From Gammaproteobacteria bacterium (lineage in GTDB: Bacteria; Pseudomonadota; Gammaproteobacteria; GCA-002705445; GCA-002716945), in contig JAYQJW010000002.1 of NCBI GenBank assembly GCA_038142325.1, forward strand, positions 399,702 through 463,701: 64,000 bases of DNA, read 5' to 3'. Both the position numbers and the translations under genes were made by a program. Below the pieces are notes generated by a model. The model ran no database searches. It worked only from the letters and a program-made list of their open reading frames with translations, and had not been told where the DNA came from. Positions 1 through 10,362 of this stretch are shown in pieces (positions within the stretch are counted from its first letter, which is position 1; each line of letters starts with the position of its first letter).

Positions 1-257
1 TTTAATATAATCTCTCCACTATCCATATTTTTTGCAAGACCAAATCCAACATTTCCCTCAATCAAAATCTTTTTATTTTTAAGATTATGACCAATATTAT
101 CAAGTCGGTCATTTGAATTTGTAATTTTAATTTCGTTGTGATCATTGCCTGATACAATAAATAGTTCGGATACTTTGCATAATTTATTGCCATAATTGAT
201 TTTGATATTTTTAAGTTTCGTTACATCATCAGATTTGATATTACTAAGCCAGCTCAT
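1..257 (-). CDS. fhcC: Formyltransferase/hydrolase complex subunit C (FwdC/FhcC-like); N-terminal part only, gene runs off the window start
   Basis: Hand translation from ATG at 257: MSWLSNIKSDDVTKLKNIKINYGNKLCKVSELFIVSGNDHNEIKITNSNDRLDNIGHNLKNKKILIEGNVGFGLAKNMDSGEIILK. It has glycine-rich GxxG-type repeats and lies directly downstream of fhcB-fhcA-fhcD on the same strand. Confidence 0.6.
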   Translation of the reverse strand, partial: MSWLSNIKSDDVTKLKNIKINYGNKLCKVSELFIVSGNDHNEIKITNSNDRLDNIGHNLKNKKILIEGNVGFGLAKNMDSGEIIL

Positions 258-304
258 ATCAAGACGATGTTTACTATTTATTTTAAATTTTAAACTTAGA
301 GCGC

Positions 305-1201
305 TCATTTGAGTATTTTTCTTAGATGAAAGTGATGCTGTCCTAGCTTACCACCATAATTTCCTGCAGAGACAGATACTATGTCTTTACTATATTTGGA
401 CTTGGATATCGCTATTAAAGATTCTTTTATGCCTTTATTAATATCATCAGCAGATAAACCATTAATAACAATCTCCATTACACAATTCACATTTTTATTC
501 AATTTACTTCCTGTAATTCCACTTAGAGATGGGCAAAAGGCATCATTAGTAGATGCTATCAATGCTTTATACTTTGAGCCAACTTTGGAGCCTGAACGAA
601 CGACGCCACCTGGAAATGGTGTAATTATATTTTCTATTTTACTCATTACATCAACAGCTACCTCACATGCTGCTTAACACGAGCTTCTATTTTTTGACAG
701 CAATAAAAAGTTTCCACCACCTATTGCTGGTACACGCCCAGTCATCTCTTCACACATGAATTCTCCATCCATTACGGGAATCCTCCAGAATCTTTTACCC
801 TGAATCTTTTTTGAAATTTGGTAACCATCGCCAAAATATTTAAGGTTTTTTCCAAGAGGTATCATATCCTCGCTTTCAAGCCCAGAAAATAGAGCAGTCG
901 TTGGACATGTTAAAATACATTGGCCAGCTCTTGTTTCTATTTGTTTTTCTAATTGACTACGCGACATTGAAAAAGCAAGTATTGAATACCCTGGTCTGCC
1001 GTCAGGCGTTTCGTTTTTACCTAGTTTTTTTTCTATTCCAGCTTCAATACCACATGCAATTACAGATGTAGCAAAACCTGTAAATGATAAAGCTGCATTT
1101 TTTGCCCACTTCTCATTGTCTGCAGTAACAATTACTCTACTGGCTTTCATATTGAAAGCTTCAGCAAATGTGTTTTCTATTAACATGCCATTTATTTTCA
1201 T
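305..1201 (-). pseudogene. fhcD: Formylmethanofuran:H4MPT formyltransferase (Ftr/FhcD), interrupted by an in-frame TAA at 674-676
   Basis: Fragments are 674-1201 (MKINGMLIENTFAEAF...VPAIGGGNFLLL) and 305-646 (...PFPGGVVRSGSKVGSKY...). Both are in the same reading frame and together give a full-length Ftr-like protein. Confidence 0.8.
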
Positions 1202-2853
1202 GAAATTCTCTTTCTAGAACAATCAATTATATTTACATCTGAGCCAATAATTTCAGACATCTCATCATTACTAATCATATAATTTGATAATCCAATAGTA
1301 TGATACTTATCAAAATATTTTTTCAATTTCTTTTCAAAAGATAAATCATATTCAGGCCTTACAACTTGAGTTTTCCCCCAAACATAATCTTTAATTACAC
1401 CATTTTTTACTACAACATTACCATCTTTAATTACATGAGTGGGTTTTGCGAACATTTCCTCAACATCTTTAATGGTGCTGTCATAGACAGTTATATCTGC
1501 ATCGGAATTAATGCTTAAAGAACCTTTATTTGTTAGCCCCAATATTTTAGCCGGTGCAGATCTGGTCATTGTCGCTATTTCTGATAATGTGTACTCTCTT
1601 TTTATGTCTTTGAGAATTGTGTGTTCTGAAATATCAATAGACATCTGATCGAGCAAATCATCTCTAAACGTTTTATCCATTAAGAGTTTTATTAGATGTG
1701 GGTATGAGGTAAATGGAGCTCCATTAGGATGATCTGTAGTAAGAAATATTTTTTCAGGATCTTCGGTTAATAGAAAAGTTTCTAAACCTATAGCCCACTG
1801 TAACGCATTCACAAAACTTTGATCCGTATATTTAAATGGAACTACTCCACATCCAGCTTCGCATTCTATGTCCATGCATAACCATTTATCTGGATGAGCA
1901 TGACTATGATTAGCATGTTGTTTCATACTATCACCTGACATAGTAGCTGTTTGTCCAAACAAGACTTGACCGACATCACATGTAAGATTAGGAATTTTGT
2001 TTACATATTCTGTTATTTCTGCTGATGCGGATGAGAAGTTTCTATCTCCATTATTACCATAGCTATGAAATTGAATATGCGTTATATGCACTGGAAGACC
2101 TTCAGCTGCTTTGATGGTTTCAATTGTAGACTTAAAGTTGCCAGGTACACCTAAGTTACTACAGTGAACATGTAAAGGGTGGGGCACACCTAATTCATAA
2201 ACAGCTCTAGCTAAAATACGCACAATCTTTCTAGGGGTTATTTTATATCTTATCGAATTCTCATCTACATTTAATGCTCTTTGATTAAACTTAAATGCAT
2301 TAATGCCGCCAGGATTAACTACCTTGATGCCTATGCATTGTGTTGCTTTAAGTATAAATGCTACATAGTCATTAATCTCGGATTGATGTGCTCCTCTAGA
2401 TATCAAATCAAGAAGGAAATCATCATTGCCTACAAGAGCATATCCTCCTTTATCTATAAATGGAGTATCAGCCATCTCAGCGTGTGATTGTCTGGCGTTG
2501 ATAGGTAAGACAGCTGGTTCAAAACATGAAGTATAGCCCATCTTTATATATTCAAGACCTGTTTTCAGTGTGCTTGGAACAAAGTCAGCTGTCAAATCAA
2601 AGTCATTATCATAATTATTGTGAAATTCTTGCAACATTAATCTTGCAATATTGACCTTACCACCACCGATATGAGTATGTAAGTCGATAGCCCCTGGCAT
2701 AACAATTCTATCAGTACAATCGATTATCTCTGGCTTTTTTGAACTTAGTGATTTTACAACTTTACCATCTTCAATATAAATATCCTTTTTCTTATTAAAG
2801 ACTCGATTACAAGGATCAAATACTTTACCGTTTTTTAAATGTAGACTAGTCAT
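1198..2853 (-). CDS. fhcA: Formyltransferase/hydrolase complex subunit A (FwdA/FhcA, amidohydrolase superfamily)
   Basis: 551 aa with the metal-binding DLHTHIGGG motif and the length and architecture of FwdA. It has a 4-nt overlap with fhcD. Confidence 0.85.
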   Translation of the reverse strand: MTSLHLKNGKVFDPCNRVFNKKKDIYIEDGKVVKSLSSKKPEIIDCTDRIVMPGAIDLHTHIGGGKVNIARLMLQEFHNNYDNDFDLTADFVPSTLKTGLEYIKMGYTSCFEPAVLPINARQSHAEMADTPFIDKGGYALVGNDDFLLDLISRGAHQSEINDYVAFILKATQCIGIKVVNPGGINAFKFNQRALNVDENSIRYKITPRKIVRILARAVYELGVPHPLHVHCSNLGVPGNFKSTIETIKAAEGLPVHITHIQFHSYGNNGDRNFSSASAEITEYVNKIPNLTCDVGQVLFGQTATMSGDSMKQHANHSHAHPDKWLCMDIECEAGCGVVPFKYTDQSFVNALQWAIGLETFLLTEDPEKIFLTTDHPNGAPFTSYPHLIKLLMDKTFRDDLLDQMSIDISEHTILKDIKREYTLSEIATMTRSAPAKILGLTNKGSLSINSDADITVYDSTIKDVEEMFAKPTHVIKDGNVVVKNGVIKDYVWGKTQVVRPEYDLSFEKKLKKYFDKYHTIGLSNYMISNDEMSEIIGSDVNIIDCSRKRIS

Positions 2854-4100
2854 TAATGAATTATTTGCCTGAGAATTTCTTGCACGCTTTTATGAAATGG
2901 AATTCTGATTCTGGATAATGGCAAGCTAACAACATTGTCAGTTCTAAATATATGTCCTTTAGAATCTATTCCTGGCACACTGCTCGGGATAAAGACATCG
3001 GGCTCAATATTAAATTTTGTGGCTGGATGGCCAATAATTATATTTTTTTGTTTTTTGTCTAAAAATAACTTTTTGTCAGAAATAGCATTGATATGTATAA
3101 CAAGGTCACAACAATTCATATTAATGAGCTTATTAGCATTATTTGTATCTTTGTCATACTCAAAATAATTTCCAGTAAATTTTACCCTGGAAGGGAAACC
3201 TGTTATCCACCCAAGTGTTTGCACATGACTTACATCACCGTCATTTCCAGCAAGAGACATGCAGCCCGCTCTTTTTGTTTCGTTGAGAGATGTAATAAAT
3301 TCTGAAATATCATAGATTATTTGATCACATTCTTTGTATTTCGTAAATTCAGAGGTTGACCACAACAAAGATAAGTATTTTGATTTATCTATGCTTTCAA
3401 GAAGTAGTTTAGATTTAAGATTTTTAACCTTAGGATGTTTTGATTTATCCTTCAAGCATTGAAGAAATGATGATGCCTCTTTGTTGTTAAAATCAATAAA
3501 GGTAATTCTCGTGTCTCTTAGATGGCAATTTTTCTTGTTAGTTTTTTCATTTCCAATAATAAATATTTTTTTATCTTTAGGATTTATACTAAAGCTATTT
3601 TTAGTCGCTAATACTTTTTCAATTAATCTTGGATAGCTTTGGAGTACATTATTTGAAAAAAGTAATACTACATCAGATTTATTTTTGATTTCTGTTAAGG
3701 AGGTAGCCATATATCCTCGTCTCTGATACAGAGCTACATTTTTTAAAAATTTGTCGCTATTTGAATGATCAACTATTCCATTGATTTTAGATGCAGTACC
3801 CAATATCTCACGTGTGATATTCACATCAGAGCTATGATTAACAAGGATAGTTTCTTTTGAACTATTGATGAGTTTTTGACAATAAACATTCGCTTTATTG
3901 CCATCAACAGATTTTCCTAGAATTTTTGATTGAGATATTTTATTTTCTTTGAAATTAAACATTTTGTATTTATCCTCGCATACTTCAGGCAAGTCACTTT
4001 TTATAGATATTTTTCTGTCATTAATCTCTAGATTAATATCATCGCAATGAAGCGAGCAAAATGGGCAAACAATATTTTTATGACTAATGGAATCTGACAT
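2853..4100 (-). CDS. fhcB: Formyltransferase/hydrolase complex subunit B (FwdB/FhcB-like)
   Basis: 415 aa with the N-terminal cysteine cluster CPFCSLHCDD typical of FwdB-type subunits. It is first in the fhcBADC operon. Confidence 0.75.
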   Translation of the reverse strand: MSDSISHKNIVCPFCSLHCDDINLEINDRKISIKSDLPEVCEDKYKMFNFKENKISQSKILGKSVDGNKANVYCQKLINSSKETILVNHSSDVNITREILGTASKINGIVDHSNSDKFLKNVALYQRRGYMATSLTEIKNKSDVVLLFSNNVLQSYPRLIEKVLATKNSFSINPKDKKIFIIGNEKTNKKNCHLRDTRITFIDFNNKEASSFLQCLKDKSKHPKVKNLKSKLLLESIDKSKYLSLLWSTSEFTKYKECDQIIYDISEFITSLNETKRAGCMSLAGNDGDVSHVQTLGWITGFPSRVKFTGNYFEYDKDTNNANKLINMNCCDLVIHINAISDKKLFLDKKQKNIIIGHPATKFNIEPDVFIPSSVPGIDSKGHIFRTDNVVSLPLSRIRIPFHKSVQEILRQIIH

Positions 4101-4172
4101 TTTTGGTATAAATTATTTTACATCAATAATAAATAACTTTACATGTATAAACATTAATATATCCTGTTTTTT

Positions 4173-5114
4173 ATGGTATCTCAGCGTAAGTTTAATGAAT
4201 TGAAAATTTCAACTAATTCAAGACTCCATTTTGGTTTTTTAAACCTTGATTCCCAACAGCCCTATTCATATGGCAGCATGGGTTTAACAATTAATAAACA
4301 TAAAACTTTGATTCAAATTTCAAAATCTAAAAAATTTCACTCAAATTTATCAAAAATTTATACAAATAAAATTAAAGATTTCATTAAAACTATGAAATTA
4401 GATAGTAATGTCAATATCAATTGTTCAGTTAAACCGGATAGCCACGTAGGTCTTGGATCAGGGACACAATTAGCCATGGCTCTAGAGGAAGGTGTTTCGA
4501 AGTTTTATAAATTTGGGACTGTTAAGAATATTTTCTCAAGAAAATTTAGATCTGGAGTAGGATACAATGCCTATTTGAAAGGGGGATTCATAATTGACTG
4601 TCCAAAAAACAACTCTAAATCAAATGAACTTATATTTAATAGAAACTTCCCAATAAAATGGAAAATAATTTTATTATTTGATAGAAATATAAAAGGATTG
4701 TCCGGGAAAAAAGAGTCGAACTTTTTCTCATTAAAACAAAGTAGTTCCAATAGAGAAAAATTATCAGATATCGTATTAAATGAAATTATACCATCATTAA
4801 TTTATGAGGATTTTGATATTTTTGCGAATGGTTTAACAAGATTTCAAAAACTGAATTCACTATTTTACTCTTCTATTCAAAAATCTTATTTTTTGAGTAA
4901 TGATATTGGCAAAGTGATAAAGAAAATATCTTGTAAATTCAATGTTGCATCAGGCCAAAGCTCATGGGGTCCAACCTCTTATATCATTGTAAATCCTAAA
5001 ACAAATTTAAATGAAATTTTATCTATTTTAGATAATACAATAAGTATGTATAATAGCTTGTCATACGACGTCGTATCAGCCGCAAATAATGGGCGAAGAA
5101 TATCTTATAAATAG
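4173..5114 (+). CDS. mptG: Beta-ribofuranosylaminobenzene 5'-phosphate (beta-RFAP) synthase, GHMP-kinase fold (H4MPT biosynthesis)
   Basis: 313 aa with HVGLGSGTQLAMA, a GHMP-like motif, and an N-terminal RLHFGFL. It sits in an H4MPT gene context. Confidence 0.7.
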   Translation: MVSQRKFNELKISTNSRLHFGFLNLDSQQPYSYGSMGLTINKHKTLIQISKSKKFHSNLSKIYTNKIKDFIKTMKLDSNVNINCSVKPDSHVGLGSGTQLAMALEEGVSKFYKFGTVKNIFSRKFRSGVGYNAYLKGGFIIDCPKNNSKSNELIFNRNFPIKWKIILLFDRNIKGLSGKKESNFFSLKQSSSNREKLSDIVLNEIIPSLIYEDFDIFANGLTRFQKLNSLFYSSIQKSYFLSNDIGKVIKKISCKFNVASGQSSWGPTSYIIVNPKTNLNEILSILDNTISMYNSLSYDVVSAANNGRRISYK

Positions 5115-5123
5115 GAGACTTTT

Positions 5124-6014
5124 ATGGAAAAACCACATTTACTACATCTAATAACATCAGAAAAGAATGCAAGCCCGTTTGATGTGAATATGGCTTATGA
5201 TGCTGGTTGGACCAATATTACTCCCTATACAAATGTCGAACAATCGGAGATACAAGCTCTAGTGCAAGATGCGATATTTTCTAGATCAACGTCTGCGCTC
5301 ACTCGAACGGGAATATTCTTTGGAGGAAGGGATACTCATGAAGCAATGGATATGATAGAAGAGGCTAAAAAACATATGGTCCCTCCTTTTGAAGTATCTG
5401 TCTTTGCTGATCCTAGCGGTGCTTTTACAACCGCAGCAGGCATGGTTGCTATTACTGAAAAACATTTAAGCGATAAATTTAATATGAAATTAGGTGATTC
5501 TAAAGTTGTCATACTAGGTGGCACTGGACCTGTTGGAGTTGCATCGGCGGTAATATGTGCAAAAGCTGGTGCCGACGTTACTTTAGTAGGACGTAGCTTA
5601 GAGAAAGCAGAGAAGATTTCATCTATTTGCAACGATCGTTATGACTCAAAAAATGTTAAGCCTGGGATGGATGCAGATAAAGGAGATTATTTCAAAAATA
5701 CAGATATAGTATTAAATACAGGAGCTGCAGGGATTCAGCTTATGACATCAGAACATATAGAAAGCAGTGATTCATTAAAAATTTGTGCTGATACCAATGC
5801 TGTACCACCTTCTGGTATCGCAGGTGTTGATGTGATGGATAATGGTAAGGTTATTGATAACTCACCAAGTGGATGTCTGGGTATTGGAGCTTTAGCTATT
5901 GGAAACATCAAATACAAATCACAGCATGAGTGTTTGAAATTGATGTATACATCAGAGAAACCAGTGTATCTTGATTTTGAAGATGCATTTAAGTTTGCAC
6001 AACAAAGCGTATAA
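5124..6014 (+). CDS. mtdB: NAD(P)-dependent methylene-H4MPT dehydrogenase
   Basis: 296 aa. The N-terminal SPFDVNMAYDAGW and the Rossmann motif GGTGPVGVASA resemble the MtdA/MtdB family. It is adjacent to mch and fae. Confidence 0.75.
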   Translation: MEKPHLLHLITSEKNASPFDVNMAYDAGWTNITPYTNVEQSEIQALVQDAIFSRSTSALTRTGIFFGGRDTHEAMDMIEEAKKHMVPPFEVSVFADPSGAFTTAAGMVAITEKHLSDKFNMKLGDSKVVILGGTGPVGVASAVICAKAGADVTLVGRSLEKAEKISSICNDRYDSKNVKPGMDADKGDYFKNTDIVLNTGAAGIQLMTSEHIESSDSLKICADTNAVPPSGIAGVDVMDNGKVIDNSPSGCLGIGALAIGNIKYKSQHECLKLMYTSEKPVYLDFEDAFKFAQQSV

Positions 6015-7059
6015 AGATATTCTGCTCATTGCTAATGGCCATGAAGCCTATTTAGATGAGCTATCGCATTTAGCTGAAAATATTCATATTATAGATTCTT
6101 ATGTAGATAATAAAAATTATCTTACATCACTTGGTGCACTTAAAGAATTTATATGCAAAAAAAAACTCAATAAAAAAGAAACAAAAGTAATTTATGCTTC
6201 AGGATTAGAGGGTAAAAAGCATATACAAAAATATCTTGATGATAATTTTCATATTTCTGGAAACTCATTTTCTGATTTCAGATATTTAGGCAATGCTTAC
6301 AACATTGATACGAAACTTTTCACAGATACAGTTATGATTCCTGAAAAATCTAGTGATTATAATTATAAATATATAAGCAAAGATTATGATAGTACTGGCG
6401 GATTAGGCATAGGAAATAATATTTCGTCTAACAATATTTATTACCAAAAATATATCCCTGGTGTTACATTTTCAATATCCTTTTTAGCAGACAAATCAAA
6501 AATATCTTTACTTGGTTTTAATCAAATATTTACTGTCAAAAATAATATTAAATATCCTTTCTTATATGCAGGCGCAATGAATATTGAGTTTAAAAATAGT
6601 TTAAGAAATAAAATAATTGATTGGGTTCAAGAATTTACAAGCTTTTATCAATTAAGAGGCTTTATTAGCATTGATTTTAAAATTTTCGAAAATAGGGTTT
6701 ACTTAATAGATATAAATCCAAGATTATCTGGTACGTATCGAATATATAAGAATAAATATAAAAATTTAATGGCCAATCATATTATGCCGACTGAAACTAT
6801 ATCACTTTATAATGAGGCTTATCATTCATATATAATACTCTATGCAAAAAGTTCTATTAAAATTAAGAAATCTATTAATGAGATTAAAAATATATCTGAT
6901 GTACCAAAGATTGGTGAAACTATTGAAAAGGACGAACCAATTCTAACTATGAATGTAAGCGCTCAAACTGAAAAAGAATTACGTGAACATATAAAAACTA
7001 CAATTAAGTGTGCGATGGAAATAATAGACTGCTATAATGTCGACTTAGATTATGAGTAA
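5971..7059 (+). CDS. ATP-grasp domain protein of the H4MPT cofactor cluster (start codon uncertain, overlaps the mtdB end)
   Basis: 362-aa ORF with the C-terminal ATP-grasp signature ISIDFKIFENRVYLIDINPRLSGT. Confidence 0.6.
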   Translation: MILKMHLSLHNKAYKDILLIANGHEAYLDELSHLAENIHIIDSYVDNKNYLTSLGALKEFICKKKLNKKETKVIYASGLEGKKHIQKYLDDNFHISGNSFSDFRYLGNAYNIDTKLFTDTVMIPEKSSDYNYKYISKDYDSTGGLGIGNNISSNNIYYQKYIPGVTFSISFLADKSKISLLGFNQIFTVKNNIKYPFLYAGAMNIEFKNSLRNKIIDWVQEFTSFYQLRGFISIDFKIFENRVYLIDINPRLSGTYRIYKNKYKNLMANHIMPTETISLYNEAYHSYIILYAKSSIKIKKSINEIKNISDVPKIGETIEKDEPILTMNVSAQTEKELREHIKTTIKCAMEIIDCYNVDLDYE

Positions 7060-8017
7060 CATCAGTGTCAATAAACAAGTTAAACCTTTAGTTGAAAAAC
7101 TAATCGAATCTCATGAAAAGCTCAATTTAGGAATATCAGAGTCAGAGGGTGGAGCAAAAATTATAGATGCAGGTATTAAACATAAGGGATGCTTAGAAGC
7201 GGGTAGATTGATCACCGAGATTTGTATGGGTGGATTAGGGTCAGTAAGCCTATCAATGACATCTGCTACTCCAAATTGGCCATTGGCAATTCATGTTCAT
7301 AGCACCGACCCTGTTTTATCCTGTCTAGGAAGTCAATATGCCGGCTGGTCACTCTCATTTGTTCAAAACGATGATAATTTCTCAGCACTTGGCTCAGGCC
7401 CATGCAGGGCACTTGCTGGTAAAGAGGATATATTTAAAGATATCAAATACGAGGATAAGTTTTTTTCAACAGTGGTCATACTAGAGGTAGACCAAAATCC
7501 ACCTCAACAAATCATCGATAAAATAGTTGATGATTGCGATATTTCTGAAAAGAATCTTACAATAATTTTAACCCCAACCAGATCCTTATGTGGAACTACT
7601 CAGGTTGTAGGTAGAGTCCTTGAGGTAGGACTTCATAAAGTGCATGAACTTGGATTTCCAATTGATAAAGTAGTTGATGGATTTGGGTCAGCTCCGTTAC
7701 CACCTCCGGCACCTGATTTTCTAATAGGAATGGGTAGAACTAATGACGCCATATTATACGGTGGACTTGTTCATCTATATGTGGATACACCAAACGATGA
7801 TGCAGAAGAGCTTGCTAAAAGATTACCTAGTTCAACATCTAATGATTATGGAAAACCCTTTGCTGATATTTTTAAAGAATATAAGTATGATTTTTATCAG
7901 ATAGATAAAATGCTATTTAGTCCTGCTAAGGTTATAGTTTCGAGCTTACAAACTGGAAAATCTTATACTTCAGGAAATATCAATCTCTCTCTCATGGATG
8001 ATTCATTTAATAAATGA
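7052..8017 (+). CDS. mch: Methenyl-H4MPT cyclohydrolase
   Basis: 321 aa. The region GAKIIDAGIKHKGCLEAGRLITEICMGGLG and the overall length match Mch. Confidence 0.85.
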   Translation: MSNISVNKQVKPLVEKLIESHEKLNLGISESEGGAKIIDAGIKHKGCLEAGRLITEICMGGLGSVSLSMTSATPNWPLAIHVHSTDPVLSCLGSQYAGWSLSFVQNDDNFSALGSGPCRALAGKEDIFKDIKYEDKFFSTVVILEVDQNPPQQIIDKIVDDCDISEKNLTIILTPTRSLCGTTQVVGRVLEVGLHKVHELGFPIDKVVDGFGSAPLPPPAPDFLIGMGRTNDAILYGGLVHLYVDTPNDDAEELAKRLPSSTSNDYGKPFADIFKEYKYDFYQIDKMLFSPAKVIVSSLQTGKSYTSGNINLSLMDDSFNK

Positions 8018-8877
8018 TGCGTACACTAATCCTTACTGATAAGGAAGGATGGCATTATAATGAGCTTAAAAAGTCTTTAATCAAATTAGGACATTCTGTC
8101 TTTTCAGCATGTTTGACAAACATAAGTATTAAGCTAGATGCTATAAAAGCAAAATTATTTATCAATAATGAACCCATACCCGAAGTTGATAATGTAATCG
8201 TCAGATTTGTCCCCGGTGGGACTCTTGAAGAAATAGTATACTTTCTTAATATTTTAAAAATACTTGAATCAAAAGGGGTTAATGTTATCAACAATGCTTC
8301 ATCCATCGAAAAGACTGTTGATAAGTTACATACGTCATATCTTTTAAATAAGAATAATATAAAAACACCTCTTACATATGTTTTGAGAGGTCATAATGAA
8401 GCCTATGAATTTATTAAAAATTATCACAAAGAATTAATCTATAAACCACTCTTTGGTTCACAAGGAGATGGAATTAAAATAATAAGAGAATTAGAAGATT
8501 TAACTTCATTTAGTAACCCTTCTAATGTTTATTATTTTCAAGAATACTTAACAAATCCTATAATGCATGATTATAGAGTACTTGTAATTCGTTATGATAA
8601 TACTGTCAAATATTTCTATATGACTAGATATGGTCAGACTTTTGTTAATAACTTCTCTAAAGGAGCTAAATGCATTAAAGAAAATTTTAATAATAAAGTA
8701 ATTGATTTAGCACTTGAAACATCTGAATTTCTTCAAATGAAATTTTGTGGTGTAGATATTATGAAATTTAAAGAAAATTATTATGTGATAGAGGTAAATA
8801 GTATTCCAGCATGGAAAGGACTCCAAGAAGTTGAGGATCAAGTTATATCCGATTCTATAGTTGGATTATTTAAGTAA
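8014..8877 (+). CDS. RimK-type ATP-grasp ligase (H4MPT:glutamate ligase-like)
   Basis: 287 aa with RimK-like motifs (YKPLFGSQGDGI, DYRVLVI, YVIEVNSIPAWKGL). It has a 4-nt overlap with mch. Confidence 0.7.
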   Translation: MMRTLILTDKEGWHYNELKKSLIKLGHSVFSACLTNISIKLDAIKAKLFINNEPIPEVDNVIVRFVPGGTLEEIVYFLNILKILESKGVNVINNASSIEKTVDKLHTSYLLNKNNIKTPLTYVLRGHNEAYEFIKNYHKELIYKPLFGSQGDGIKIIRELEDLTSFSNPSNVYYFQEYLTNPIMHDYRVLVIRYDNTVKYFYMTRYGQTFVNNFSKGAKCIKENFNNKVIDLALETSEFLQMKFCGVDIMKFKENYYVIEVNSIPAWKGLQEVEDQVISDSIVGLFK

Positions 8878-8883
8878 TGTAAT

Positions 8884-9774
8884 ATGAATTTATCAAAGAA
8901 AGAAGTAATTTTTGATTCAGATAAAATAGAATCATCTTATATAAAAGCTTGCATGCTTGACATCGAATGCATTAAACCTGGAAATGTTAATCTAGTATCC
9001 GGCCATGATGATACAAATGCAAAAGATTTTATTTCTAGCTACAAAGCTACCTCAAAGACTATCACTTTGCCTGATATATCCTTAGGAGAAAGAATTGAAA
9101 GTTGTATCGTTGAAACCAAGAAAATTACTACCAAAAATACTAACCTTGGGATTATACTCTTGTGCTCACTTTTTTCACAATCACTGCTCTTAAAATCTAA
9201 AAAACTAGATGAATCAATACACGACACTGTAATGAGTTCAACTAATGATGATGTTACGCGCATATGCAAAGCCATTACTGAAGCTAATCCTGGTGGATTA
9301 GGATCTCATGATGAGTATGACGTTAACTCAAATCCAAAAGTAACGCTCTATGATCTTATGAAGGCTTCAGCAGAATATGACCAAATATCAAATCAATATT
9401 ATCTAAAATTTAGAGATATTTTCAGCTTTATAATACCTACTCTGCATAGTTCTATTGTAAGGATTAACAATACTAAATTAGCACTCTCTTATACTTTCCT
9501 TAAAATTTTAGAAAAGTACCCAGATTCTCATTTAAGACGTAAATATGGTAATAAAATAGCAAAAAAGACTAGTAATGAGGCGTCTGATTTGATAAAAATA
9601 CTAGACGGGGATACTCGATATGAGTCATGGGGTAAAAATCTAATATCTCTTGATAAACATTTTAAAATGGCTCGGGTGAATCCAGGGACAACAGCTGATC
9701 TATTGGTTGTATCGATGATGATATATGATTATTTCATTGGTATAGATGCCGGTAGTGAGGTGTCCGTTTATTAA
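8884..9774 (+). CDS. Triphosphoribosyl-dephospho-CoA synthase (CitG/MdcB) family protein of the H4MPT cluster
   Basis: 296 aa with the NPGTTADLLV motif characteristic of the CitG family. Confidence 0.65.
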   Translation: MNLSKKEVIFDSDKIESSYIKACMLDIECIKPGNVNLVSGHDDTNAKDFISSYKATSKTITLPDISLGERIESCIVETKKITTKNTNLGIILLCSLFSQSLLLKSKKLDESIHDTVMSSTNDDVTRICKAITEANPGGLGSHDEYDVNSNPKVTLYDLMKASAEYDQISNQYYLKFRDIFSFIIPTLHSSIVRINNTKLALSYTFLKILEKYPDSHLRRKYGNKIAKKTSNEASDLIKILDGDTRYESWGKNLISLDKHFKMARVNPGTTADLLVVSMMIYDYFIGIDAGSEVSVY

Positions 9775-9797
9775 TAAACAAAAAATAGGAGATAAAA

Positions 9798-10310
9798 ATG
9801 GCAGTAGTCGACAAAGTATTAGTTGGGGAAGCACTTGTTGTAACCGAAGGTGGGGATAACGAAATTTCACATATCGACTTATTAATGGGACCACGTGGTT
9901 CTGCAGTTGAAGATGCATTTTGTAACACATTATGTAATAACAAAGATGGTTTCACATCTTTATTAGCTGTAGTTTCACCTAACTTACCATGTAAACCTAG
10001 CACAGCTATGTTCAATAAAGTTACAATCAAAGGCGCTAAGCAAGCAGTTCAAATGTTTGGTCCAGCGCAAGCAGCGGTTGCAAGAGCTGTTACTGAATGT
10101 GTAGAAGATGGAACAATTCCAGCTGATGAGGCTGATGATATTTTCATCTGCGTAGGTGTGTTTATTCATTGGGACGCTGATGATAACAAACGTATCTATG
10201 ATTATAATTTTGAAGCAACAAAAATGGCTATTAAAAATGCTGTTAGCGGTGAGCCAAAAGCTCAAGACGTAGTTGCTAAGAAAGCTACAGAGCATCCGTT
10301 CGAAAAATAA
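9798..10310 (+). CDS. fae: Formaldehyde-activating enzyme
   Basis: 170 aa, near-colinear with known Fae. Shared motifs include [55 protein letters not shown] and a C-terminal HPF. The RBS is aggag. Confidence 0.95.
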   Translation: MAVVDKVLVGEALVVTEGGDNEISHIDLLMGPRGSAVEDAFCNTLCNNKDGFTSLLAVVSPNLPCKPSTAMFNKVTIKGAKQAVQMFGPAQAAVARAVTECVEDGTIPADEADDIFICVGVFIHWDADDNKRIYDYNFEATKMAIKNAVSGEPKAQDVVAKKATEHPFEK

Positions 10311-10332
10311 TCATTTTTGATATAATGATATT

Positions 10333-10362
10333 AGAGCCAGTTAACTACTGGCTCTTTTTTTT
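10333..10362. terminator. Rho-independent terminator hairpin shared by convergent fae and the HisA-like gene
   Basis: 8-bp perfect stem agagccag / ctggctct with the 7-nt loop ttaacta, followed by a T-run on the plus strand. Confidence 0.6.
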
